A stretch of 64,000 nucleotides of DNA from contig JAUCBJ010003070.1 of NCBI GenBank assembly GCA_032718475.1, positions 1-64,000 on the forward strand, read 5' to 3'. The notes under the pieces were generated by a model. That model was given only the letters and a program-made list of their open reading frames with translations. It was not told where the DNA came from and did not search any database. Source of the stretch: Nemertoderma westbladi. Its lineage: Eukaryota > Animalia > Xenacoelomorpha. Below are positions 47,563-59,158 of this stretch, one piece after another. Within the stretch, counting starts at the first letter, position 1. The number at the start of each line of letters is the position of its first letter. Both the position numbers and the translations under genes were made by a program.

Positions 47563-50500
47563 TGTAGTGATATGGAATAACTCAAGGGTGAGCGTGAGGC
47601 TATATCATATCAGTATATTATGTATTAATATGTCTGACAGTGCAGTGCAGAAGTGTACAGGTGTAGGCTTTAGGAAGCCGAAGTGCAGTACTACAGAAGT
47701 ACTGATGATCAGCTGATCTGCCGATATCACTAGGCAACCAACGTAATCAGGGTACATCATAAATGTAACTTAATAGTAACCAGCCACCAAATATATGTAA
47801 AATAATATATATGTAAGAGTGTGAACCACTGGATGTCACTACACCCCCCTTCTAGCTCATTATGAGTTATAGTCGCTGTGGGGGTTTATGTTGCCGAGTA
47901 GGGTAACGGTGGGTGCGTGTAGTAACATTATTGTCAAATCTGACAGTTTTAGGTGGCCCGGCGAGGTTGATATCCGCCACGGGTTTGTGTGTTGTGGCAG
48001 TGTCGTCGGGAATCCTGGGAATTGCCGGAGCGGCACTGGAGAGTGGCGTCGAAGTGTCGAGAAGTAGGAAGCGACGGTTCCTACTTATATTACGGCCGGA
48101 AGGGGTCCTGACCGTGTATCTACGGTTGGGCCCAGCCTCGACGACCATCCCCTTTCGGTCCCAGCGTTTGGAGTGGGGGTCTTGTATCACGACGTGGTCA
48201 TGAACTGCGAGGGGTGGGAGGCTGTGGGCCACTTTGTTATAGTCGGCAATGCGTTGCGCACGTAGTGGTGGAAGAACTTCATCGAGTCGGCGCCGTGTGG
48301 CCTGGTGGTCCACCGCAAATGCACTGTGGTGTGCGGGGACGCGAGTACGGAGGGGGTGGCCGTACACTACTTGAGCGGGAGACAGACCGCTCTCCCGTGG
48401 GCTGTTCCTGAGTGAGAGTAGACCCTCGGCAAAGGCCTCGGAGGTGTGAGAGCCACCTACTTTATCTAGAAGGCTCTTGAGGGACTTTACAGTTGCCTCC
48501 GCGTGCCCATTACCCTGCGGGTATTCTGCGGAGGAGGTAACTGAAATAACACCCCATTCGTTAAGAAATGTTTTTGTCGCTGTGGCGGTGAGTGGGGTGC
48601 TGCCATCCGAGCGGAGTCGAGTTGGTATACCATACCGGGTAAACCATTGTTTTAGCGCCGCAATAGTCTGTAGAGCGGTTGGGGGACCCGGGAAGTTGTG
48701 ATGGTCGGGCCAGCCGCTGTAACGATCGGCGAGGGCGACGTAGTGCCGGCCATTTAGGATGAAAAAGTCCGCGGATATGTCTTCGAATATCCGTGTTGGG
48801 AGAGGTTCCTGGAGGAAGGGTTCCTTCGGTGGAGTCGATCGGTGGCGAAGACACGACGGACAGCTGGCGATGGATGTCCGAATGTCATTGGTGAGGCCCG
48901 GCCAGTACACGCACTGTCGGGCTCGCTGAAGGTATTTGTCAACCCCTTGATGGGGAGTGTGGAGATGTTCCAACGTGATGGCTCGGGCCGCCTGGGGGAT
49001 GACGAGGCGTTGACCATAAAGTACCAGGTCGCCATCTGTTGATAGGGAGTCCCGGAGGGACCAGTAGGCACCAACCGCGGGGTCGCTACGTGAACTGGGG
49101 GGGAAACGTGCTGGACAGCGGTATGTAGAGAACGGTAAGCCTCGTCTTCCCTAGCAGTGTTGGATAGCTCCTGGAGGACCGGGTCCTCGAGGTGATCCTC
49201 GCCGGAAATCGCGGAGACATTGGCGAGTGTAACAGAGCGCAGATTGTAGGCAATCTCGCCATCGTCGACGAGGTCGGCTGCGGTCGGTTGGTCGACGGGT
49301 GACCGGGAAAGCGCGTCTGGGATTGCGTGGTCTTTCCCGCGGCACCAAGTTGTGGTAAATATATACGGGGACAACCTTGACTTCAGCCGCTGGATCCGAG
49401 TGTTGTCAACCTCAGAGTGCCCCTTGCGGTTGAGGATGGTGACCAGTGGTTGATGGTCGGTAAAGAGCGTGAAGCTAGGGAGCCCAAGGATGAAAGTACG
49501 ACACTTTGTGGCGGCCCAGACGACTGCAAGGAGTTCAAGCTCTATTGTTGCGTAGCGCGATTCCGTATCGGAAGTGAATCTGGAGCCACATTCAACGAGC
49601 TTCCACTCGACACCGTGGCATTGGAGAAGGGCGTAGCCGAGCCCTTTGAGGCGAGAAGCGTCGGTCACAAGTCGGGTGTCGAGGGAGACATCAAAGGGAG
49701 CCAGTACTGGGGTTGTTGTGAGGGCGCGTTTAGTGGCGTCGAAGGCCCGCTGATGGTCGCTGGTCCAGATGTACGGCGACTTGATACTCAGGAGAGGTCG
49801 CAGTGGAAGGAGTAACTCGGCGATGGAGGTGGAGAAAGGAGCTAGTTGTTCCACCAAACCGACGAAACTCCGAAGGTCGGTGAGAGTTTCCGGTCGGGGG
49901 AAGGACGCGATCGCAGAAAGTTTAGCGGGGTCAGCGCGGATGCCATCCGAGCCGACGAGGAAGCCGCCAAACTTCACCTCCAATTTCGCAAGTTGTACCT
50001 TGCCAGGGTGGAGGCAGATAGCAGTCGATCTGCAGCGCTCGAGAAAGCATTGGATGCTACAGATGTGTTCCTCGAGAGTATTATCATATAGGACGACATC
50101 GTCCACGATCATAAGCATTCGTGGGATACCTCGGAGCGCGTCATCGCCCCATCGGTTGAATTCGTCGCCGGAAGAAATAAGCCCCATCACACTGCGTGTG
50201 TGTTTATATCGCCCCCATGGAGTAATGAAGGTGGTTAGGAGCTGAGATTCAGCGTCTAGGGGTACCTGCCAATACCCATGGGAGGCGTCAAACACTGAAA
50301 AGTATCGAGCAGTGGGGGAAATTTCTGCAACCGCGACTCGTGGATTGGGTGTGGGGTAGAATGGCCGTATAGAATGGCCCAGATAGGTACCGGTACCGGA
50401 CAGGGTGAGATCCACCGAGATGTAGTCCAGTTTACAGACCGCCGCGCTGTACTCGAGGCGGTTGATGGAATCCCGGGATAATATAGTGTTAGTTTTGGCG

Positions 50501-52105
50501 GGTTTCGGCGCAGGACCACTGGAACGGCATACTTTGTAAAAGTGGCCGGTTTTACCGCAACCATCGCACTGAACTTCTCGGGCGGGGCAATTGGACCTGT
50601 CGGTATGTTGCTGGTTACCGCAATTACCACTATTGCGTGCGCGAGGGTTCCCGCCACGAGAAGAGGTTCTCGTGGATTGTCCGGGAGTTGAGCGGTTTCC
50701 CAAACCGGTTTGCGGTCGATTGAGGGCACCTGGACGCATTGGTGAGCGGCCGCGCTGCTGCTTGTATTGCGAAACTTTTGCGATGGAACCGGAGCCGCCG
50801 AGAAACGACTGATTTTTGGAGCTCGACTCCCAGTTTTGGCAAGTCTGGACGCAGACGTCGAGTGTGGGCCGGGGCAAGACTTTTAAGAGCTCCTGTTGTG
50901 TCTCGGCGGAGTGGAGACCGACCAAAATTTGTGTTACAAATTGGTCGTCACGGCAATGTAGGCAGAGTTCGGCGAGGTCAGCGAGGTGCTGGAGAGCGAT
51001 GTAGAAGTCGTCGAACGTCTCCTGTGGGCCCTGGCGGTGTTTATGGAAGGCCAAGCAATCCAGGGCAATGCTGCGTTTGGAACGAAGATGATCCCGCAGA
51101 CCGTCGAGTACGAGTTTCGTAGTCGTGGCATCGTCGTCGGGATCCAGTTTTAGGTGGACTTGGACGACTTCCTGGAGTCCCGGACCTAACGCAGTCAGGA
51201 GAGTATAAACCTGTTCGCGGCGGGGGTATGTCTCCGCCCGCTGGCGGTTTGCGTTATATTCCCAGCTGTCGCGCCAGCGACGGAAAGCAGGAAGGTCGAC
51301 GGAGGTGTCGATACGGTCGAGGTTGTCGATCGAGATCAAGTGCCGTCGTCCAGGGGGTCCAGGGAATGGTGCCACGGGGGCTAATGCCGGGTTGGCAGGG
51401 TCGACGTTTTGCTGGCGAGCAGCTTCTGTCGAGAAGGTCCCGAAGTTGCGCATCGGAACGGGCCTGTTGTTCCTCTAATAGGCGATTTGCTTCTGCCTGC
51501 TGTTCGTGGTGTTCGCGTTGTTGCTGTTGCATGAACTGCAGGAGTTTATCCATGCCGCGTGGATTTTCCTCAGTTTCGATTGCGGATTGGAGCTTAGTTC
51601 TAAGCTTCACAACCGATGTTTTGTTGTCATGTGGGATGCGGGCGTCATGACAGTATTGCAACAGTTCGGCACGGGTTAATGCGTTGATCTCGTCGTGGGT
51701 TAGATCTAACCAGGGTTTATTCTCGGCGTATTCCGCTTCTGCCATCGGAACGTCAATGAACGTGCGATAAAAAAGGGTAAACCCGCGAATCGAGTTCAGG
51801 AGTAAGTGACTACTCGCAGCGCCATGTAGTGATATGGAATAACTCAAGGGTGAGCGTGAGGCTATATCATATCAGTATATTATGTATTAATATGTCTGAC
51901 AGTGCAGTGCAGAAGTGTACAGGTGTAGGCTTTAGGAAGCCGAAGTGCAGTACTACAGAAGTACTGATGATCAGCTGATCTGCCGATATCACTAGGCAAC
52001 CAACGTAATCAGGGTACATCATAAATGTAACTTAATAGTAACCAGCCACCAAATATATGTAAAATAATATATATGTAAGAGTGTGAACCACTGGATGTCA
52101 CTACA
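47563..52105 (-). mobile_element. Ty3/Gypsy (Mag-like) LTR retrotransposon, internally deleted
   Basis: 281-bp LTRs (47563-47843 and 51825-52105), TGTAGTGA...TCACTACA, identical by eye; TSD CAACC; PBS TGGCGCTGCGAG (tRNA-Ser-like); PPT AGAAGGGGGG. Confidence 0.95.
47867..51745 (-). pseudogene. gag-pol: Gypsy gag-pol with frameshifts and deletion of protease and RT N-terminus
   Basis: Gag CCHC (CDGCGKTGHFYKVC), RT (DASHGYWQ, IVDD), RNase H (TDASR, ELELLAV, TDH), integrase (H...H...CPSC, ADFF, SDG, GHAE), in three frames; no protease D[TS]G motif. Confidence 0.9.
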
Positions 52106-53520
52106 CAACCTTTCATTGATGTGAGGATTGTAGCAAACACATCTGGCTCTGGACCAGTCCCCCGCCTCCCTGGCTTGATGAGAGTTTAGCATATAGCCAC
52201 GATACTTCGGTACCGCTGGTAGTTGCAAACTCGAGTCTCACAGCTAAGGGATCGATCAGGGACTGTGTCACGGTGTGTGGCTGTCTGAGTAGGGATGTGA
52301 CGTTCGCCTACACACATTGCATTCATATACTCAAACTCGCACCTCAATATGTTAAAACACCCTCTTCCGATAAACGAGATTCTCGGGAATAGCATCCGGA
52401 GATGATGGATACGATGACGGCTGATCTCACTGGTGAATCTACAGAAGTCACTCAGAGTATGTCACCCGTATGGACGTGAAGAGGAAGAGTGGACAGAGCG
52501 TGAACGATTGCACGACGAATGCAAATTAGCTTCTTTGGTCCTACCCGCAGTCCAGACTTTAATGGAAGGGTTCCAAAGTAAAGCACGTATTCACACGTCT
52601 GGGTCTGTAAAGCGTTTTCGGTGTCATGGATTTTCTATCCTTGGTTAATCCCCTCGACGATACCGAAGTCGAGCCCCTGCAGAAGTATCTCAACCATGTA
52701 ATAAAGTCAAATATCTTTCGACTCGACCCAAAGGGACGACGAAATATCCCTTCTGAAATTTATCAGATTGTGGGATTACTCCGCGAATTTACAGCGGATT
52801 GCGCGATCACGTTAGCCTATGTAAAGTTATTGCGCTATTCTGTTCCCACATCAATCGTGGTTAGCGAACCTTAACCGGGAACATCTACTGGTGGATCGAC
52901 CGTACGAACTGTCACACACCCTCTGACTCATTGGAACTTCATCCTTCCACCACTGAGGGGCTACAAGTAATGGCTCCCGGCCACCGAAACGTCGCAAGCG
53001 ACCCACAGAAAGAAAAAGAACACGAAAATAAACGGTATTTTTTCTGGTTACTTTTTATTATGTCTATTCTTCTTTATACGACTTATATGCCTACTTTATA
53101 TTATACGTAAAATAAGTAAGTGGTATCCCCAATAATTAATTTAGCTTATTTGTTCACGAGCTGAGACATTTTATATGTATTAGATATATTCTTTAGCACT
53201 ATAGTTTGCTTATTTAGAAGTAATTGGTACCCAATAATTCATTTAATTTGATTTGTTCACGAGCTGAAACCATTTATATATGTATTAGATATTCTTGGCA
53301 CTATAGTTTGCTTATTTAGAGGTGATAGGTATTCACTAATCTACTCGATTCAATTTTGTTCACGAGTTGAGATGTTTTTTATATATTGGCTACGTACGCC
53401 CTGTATAATTCTAGTTTGATATTGATAACTGAACTATTTACTTATTAGATTAATTTTTATGTACGAATTTGAACTTCTGCCTTGACTTTAACACCCCGGT
53501 AGCTAAATTAATGGAAGCGG

Positions 53521-54030
53521 TGTTGCTGCAGTTATAAATCCTGCCTTTAAAATTAATTATTTTACCAATTTACCAAAAATACTGTATATTTATTATTGAT
53601 AAAGGACCAGTCACGGTATCATATTGATTATTTCTTACAAATTATTCTTTAGTAAAGGTTCTTATGCCATCTAGTGCCATTATCTGCCTATCCAATTTGT
53701 ATTTGGAGAGTGTAAGCTAGGGATCCACCTTATTGGCTATGCTCCTTGCTGATAGGCTAGTATATAAGTGCGGTTGTTCTATGATTAATTTACTCTTTTT
53801 GTTATTGTTTGACAGAAGAAGTCGCACTGCCCATGCAGAGGCGCTGATCCCCGGTCAAGTTTAATTGACTGGTGGTTATTACAGGCCTAAGGTCTAAACT
53901 TAAAGAGTTAATAATTGAATTATAATTATTATTGTTGGATATTCTACTGGTAAATTCAATTTGTCTTTATTATTTGTATAATATATCGCCAATATTACGT
54001 AATCAAGGAGGTTTTACACGCGCCACAACA
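53521..54030 (+). repeat. 3' LTR of BEL-2 (510 bp, TGTTG...CAACA)
   Basis: Preceded by GGAAGCGG; terminal inverted TGTTG/CAACA; direct repeat of 41277-41759. Confidence 0.85.
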
Positions 54031-55486
54031 GGTGTGTTGCTGTAACTAAGTATCAGTGATAATCTGGACAATTGTATCAGATCTGTATATTATCATACCT
54101 CTGACTTACTAAATAATTAATATATGGCGGTATTTCAGACCATTAATATAAACAAGGCTCTTATTATTAATTACATCACGATTGAGAGTTGTCACAAATT
54201 GAATACTGTAGCAATATCAATATAATTAGACCAGAGACTTGTTACAATACGTTTCCTCTAAAGGGAAACACAATCACCAGACTTGAGTCCTTACATAATT
54301 AATTAGTCAGTCATTTACTTGTTATACTTTGTTGTCACACCCTCCCGGTATAGTATCTCAGTCAAATACAATAGATAATCAAATCAATGCATCGAAGGGA
54401 AAAAGGGTAAATAAACAGATACAGTGAGCGGCCCTTGTTGACAGGTACACTAGCGCAATCCCGTTTATTGTATCAGACCGGACATCTTGCCTTCATTTTT
54501 GCATGGTTTATTAAGTAACAGAAAAGAGTCAAAATATATAAAAATTGAGAGTGAAAGAACACAATTTACTAAAAGCGCTAACATTTTTTCTATATTTTTC
54601 TATTATTTTCTATATATATTTATTATAGAATTAATTAAATGTGCTACATAGATGATAATTTATATATGATATTCAATATTTTAGTGATAATTAAAAAAAG
54701 AAACGTCTTCCAATTAAAAAATTAATATATAACAGATTGTACATTCTATAAAGTTATAAAAATACTAAAAATTAAACTTCTGTGAAAAAATCTTCCTTTG
54801 AACTGAAGTTGCCAAATAACTTTATCGGATAATTATACTAAATTATAATATAACGTTACAAATAACTGTAGTTTTCCGCAGAAATAATATCCTTCAAAAA
54901 GAGGAAACCTGTATTATAACTATCTATTTTATTAAAGTAGAAAATTATACACAAACACTGCACTGTTTATAATAATGATGTATAAGTCACTGCGGATGGC
55001 ATAGCGTTTAGTAATATTAGAAATGGAGTAGAGTACATGATACATGTAATACCATATGGAGACTGCGGATAATTTATTATCCTCCTGCTCAAAGGATAAT
55101 AATATTGATCTTGAACACGCAATGTTGTATATCTTATTGGGAATACATTACTTGTGACAGTCTATGTTTAGAAAAAGATTACATATGTTACCAATATATA
55201 AAACAAATATATATTTGAAAAAGAGCAATAATCTTAGTAGTAGTAGTATTTTTATTCACATTAATAATAAATGATATAACATAGTAACAATAACATAATA
55301 AATAATATAAAATAATAACATAGTAACATAGTAACATATAACAAAGTACAGCATAACATAACAAAGTACAGCTGATTCACAAATAACAAGCAAATAGGAA
55401 AATGAAGGAACTACATACATTAAACGAAGTATTGAGAGGGATTAATATATAGCGTGAGAGATTAATTAAGGAATTGAATTTAATGG

Positions 55487-55719
55487 AGAGAAAGGTGTAT
55501 CAGAGAAAGGTGTGTCAGAGAAAGGTGTGTCAGAAAAAGATGTGTCAGAGAAAGGTGTGTCAGAGAAAGGTGTGTCAGAGAAAGGTGTGTCAGAGAAAGG
55601 TGTCAGAGAAAGGTGTATCAGAGAAAGATGAGTCAGAGAAAGGTGGTTCAGAGAAAGGTGTGTCAGAGAAAGGTGTGTCAGAAAAAGATGTGTCAGAGAA
55701 AGGTGTGTCAAAAAGATGT
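55487..55719 (+). repeat. 15-bp minisatellite (GAGAAAGGTGTGTCA)n, left part
   Basis: About 15 direct copies; the array resumes at 58016. Confidence 0.95.
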
Positions 55720-58017
55720 ATATATTAACTTTAAGGTAAACACTAGAGTCTTACAACCTTTAACTACAAAAAAATATAGAATCAGGACATTAAGCCCAAA
55801 ATACCTTCCAGACCCTAAGGCCATCAAGGAACACAAAACAAAACAAACAAAAAACACAAACAAAATATATTATACCATGCTCCACATACAAGTATGTATC
55901 CCCTAACCCTAAAACCTAACCGCCATACACTAAATGATACCAGTATTAAACTGCACAAAAGCTAAGCCTATATTCTATAAGAAAATATATGACATTTTAG
56001 TCGCCGTGAAAGAGGTAGGACTAAGACAAAAATAATTAATTTGTTAAAAATATGGTTGCGTTTCGGCGTCTAGGACCAGTACGCGCTAATCCTCGACACC
56101 TCATCAGCTGGGCAGGGAATTAGCCAAGCCTAACTATATTGCACCATTGACCTAAATTAATCGCACCATCAACTCAATTATCACTTAGCCCAAACAGACT
56201 TCAGACGTCAGAACATTGGAACCCTATAGGCCTACGGTAAGTAAACATGTTACCAATGGGAAACTGGTACTTTGCTAGAGCAAACACACAGTACAAATAT
56301 TATGAAGATTTAACAACATGCAGTGATGCCGGATTTCTGCTCTATATTCATATGTGATAATTGAATGTACCGACATACTGACTAACAGGGGGTTGTGATG
56401 TATATATTAACTTTAAGGTAAACACTAGAGTCTTCCAACCTTTAACTACAAAAAAATATAGAATCAGGACATTAAGCCCAAAATACCTTCCAGACCCTAA
56501 GGCCACCAAGGAACACAAAACAAAACAAACAAAAAACACAAACAAAATATATTATACCATGCTCCACATACAAGTATGTATCGCAACCCTAACCCTAAAA
56601 CCTAACCGCCATACACTAAATGATACCGGTATTAAACTGCACAAAAGCTAAGCCTATATTCTATAAGAAAATATATGACATTTTAGTCGCCGTGAAAGAG
56701 GTAGGACTAAGACAAAAATAATTAATTTGTTAAAAATATGGTTGCGTTTCGGCGTCTAGGACCAGTACGCGCTAATCCTCGACACCCCATCAGCTGGGCA
56801 GGGAATTAGCCAAGCCTAACTATATTGCACCATTGACCTAAATTAATCGCACCATCAACTCAATTATCACTTAGCCCAAACAGACTTCAGACGTCAGAAC
56901 ATTGGAACCCTATAGACCTACGGTAAGTAAACATGTTACCAATGGGAAACTGGTACTTTGCTAGAGCAAACACACAGTACAAAAATTATATAAGATTTAA
57001 CAACATGCAGTGATGCCGGATTTCTGCTCTATATTCATATGTGATAATTGAATGTACCGACATACTGACTAACAGGGGGTTGTGATGTATATATTAACTT
57101 TAAGGTAAACACTAGAGTCTTACAACCTTTAACTACAAAAAAATATAGAATCAGGACATTAAGCCCAAAATACCTTCCAGACCCTAAGGCCATCAAGGAA
57201 CACAAAACAAAACAAACAAAAAACACAAACAAAATATATTATACCATGCTCCACATACAAGTATGTATCGCAACCCTAAACCTAACTGCCATACAATAAA
57301 TGATACCGGTATTAAACTGCACAAAAGCTAAGCCTATATTCTATAAGAAAATATATGACATTTTAGTCGCCATGAATGAGGTAGGACTAAGACAAAAATA
57401 ATTAATTTGTTAAAAATATGGTTGCGTTTCGGCGTCTAGGACCATTACGCGCTAATCCTCGACACCTCATCAGCTGGACAGGGAATTAGCCAAGCCTAAC
57501 TATATTGCACCATTGACCTAAATTAATCGCACCATCAACTCAGTTACCACTTAGCCCAAACAGACTTCAGACCTCAGAACATTGGAACCCTATAGACCTA
57601 CGGTAAGTAAACATGTTACCAATGGAAAACTGGTAGTTTGCTAGAGCAAACGCACAGTACAAAAATTATATAAGATTTAACAACATGCAGTGATGCCGGA
57701 TTTCTGCTCTATATTCATATGTGATAATTGAATGTACCGACATACTGACTAACAGGGGGTTGTGATGTATATATTAACTTTAAGGTAAACACTAGAGTCT
57801 TACAACCTTTAACTACAAAAAAATATAGAATCAGGACATTAAGCCCAAAATACCTTCCAGACCCTAAGGCCATCAAGGAACACAAAACAAAACAAACAAA
57901 ATATATTATACCATGCTCCACATACAAGTATCGCAACCCCAACCCTAACCCTAAACCTAAAGTTAATATATACATCACAACCCCCTGTTAGTCAGTATGT
58001 CGGTACATTCAATTATC
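55715..58017 (-). mobile_element. Tandem array of ~3.3 x ~683-bp non-coding units with terminal inversion; retrozyme/Penelope-pLTR-like
   Basis: Units start at 55715, 56397, 57084 and 57764. 57960-58017 is an inverted copy of the unit junction. The array is flanked by duplicated TCAAAAAGATGT. The array itself is certain; the classification is inferred. Confidence 0.6.
56060..56107 (-). ncRNA. Hammerhead-ribozyme-like core (also 56746-56793, mutated, and 57426-57473)
   Basis: Minus strand CTGATGA-GGTGTC-G-AGGATTAG-CGCGTA-CTGGTCCT-A-GACGCC-GAAAC: both conserved boxes flank a well-paired stem II. Stems I/III and the NUH site could not be assigned convincingly. Confidence 0.4.
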
Positions 58018-58152
58018 AAAAAGATGTGTCAGAGAAAGGTGTGTCAGAGAAAGGTGTATCAGAGAAAGGTGAGTCAGAGAAAGGCGTGTCAGAGAAAGGT
58101 GTGTCAGAGAAAGGTGTGTCAGAGAAAGGTGTGTCACTTAGTATGAGAAACC
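58016..58152 (+). repeat. 15-bp minisatellite, right part, ending in a possible transposon terminus (...GAGAAACCG)
   Basis: About 8 copies of GAGAAAGGTGTGTCA; resembles subterminal repeats of foldback/MULE-type elements. Confidence 0.85.
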
Positions 58153-59158
58153 GGGCCTAGTCCAGTCTAACTGGGTCTTGTATTTAGAACTATAAATTGT
58201 CAAGAAATAAAACTGATATAACTTCAATAATTATGCCCTTTAAGCTATGTAAGCAAACGCGAGCGTTGCGAGCGGAAATTTTTAGGGTTAGACTTATTCT
58301 GTTATGTTGTGGTGTTACTGAATAAAAATATATCGAGAGTAACAAAATAGATTTACAGTGTTTATCAAGGGGTATTTTGTCATGACATGGTGACATACCC
58401 CCTAAATCCGCCACTGGTTACTTGTAACACAATGATGAGATGAGAGGTGTGGATATATTATACATTATTATTAAAGGTCAGATGTTGTCAATGTTGGATT
58501 ATATAACTAGTGTCTTATAACTAGTGTCTTATAACTAGTGTCTTATTATTGTAAGAATTCATTTCTGTATACTTATACGTTATATTATTGGTAACTACAT
58601 CAATTGTCACCTCTCTCGTGTCCAAACGTCCTTGATATGAACTTGATACAGTATTATCGGTCACTATATTTTGTACGCTGAGCTCAACGCACTTCGGGTA
58701 GCTAGCTCTATATTCATTGAACCCGCTAAAATAATCTCGCAACAACAAATCTATTCATTTCCACCGAACTCCTCAACTCTCTATATCACCGGGATTCTGT
58801 CCCGGTGAGCTGAGTGAAGCTGAACTACAGACGAGGACGTTGACACCGGACACACATGATATACAGTGAATCGTTGAGTAGATTCCAAACCATATGTACC
58901 CGACGGAATCTTCTAACAACATAATATGGCTTTATAACAGAAGTTAATGATATTGAGCTGTAACAACCACAAACCTACCTATTCAATACTATTTTTCTAA
59001 TATGGATAAATTTGGCAATATGGAAATAAAACATTGTCATATAGACTGTGCAGTTACTTGCATTATGTGCATTTATATAGACTTACATTTTCATTTTTAA
59101 AACCACTTCTTATTTAACAATAATTATTTCAGCCGCGCTTTTCGCGGCATATAGAATA

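Larger units (their letters stand above)
40816..54030 (+). mobile_element. Decayed non-autonomous BEL/Pao-derived LTR element (BEL-2) carrying nested LINE and Gypsy insertions; rearranged 5' end
   Basis: LTR copies start at 40816 (partial), 41277 and 53521; GGAAGCGG PPT-like motif; gag-pro remnant homologous to BEL-1 ORF1; no matching TSD found. Confidence 0.75.

Noticed and set aside
47913-51650. Many plus-strand ORFs over the Gypsy element
   Set aside because: Antisense shadows of GC-rich gag-pol.
55466-57978. Short ORFs (THLSL/QRKVC/SEKGV repeats and repeated 65-aa ORFs)
   Set aside because: Translations of the 15-bp minisatellite and tandem units; no coding signal.
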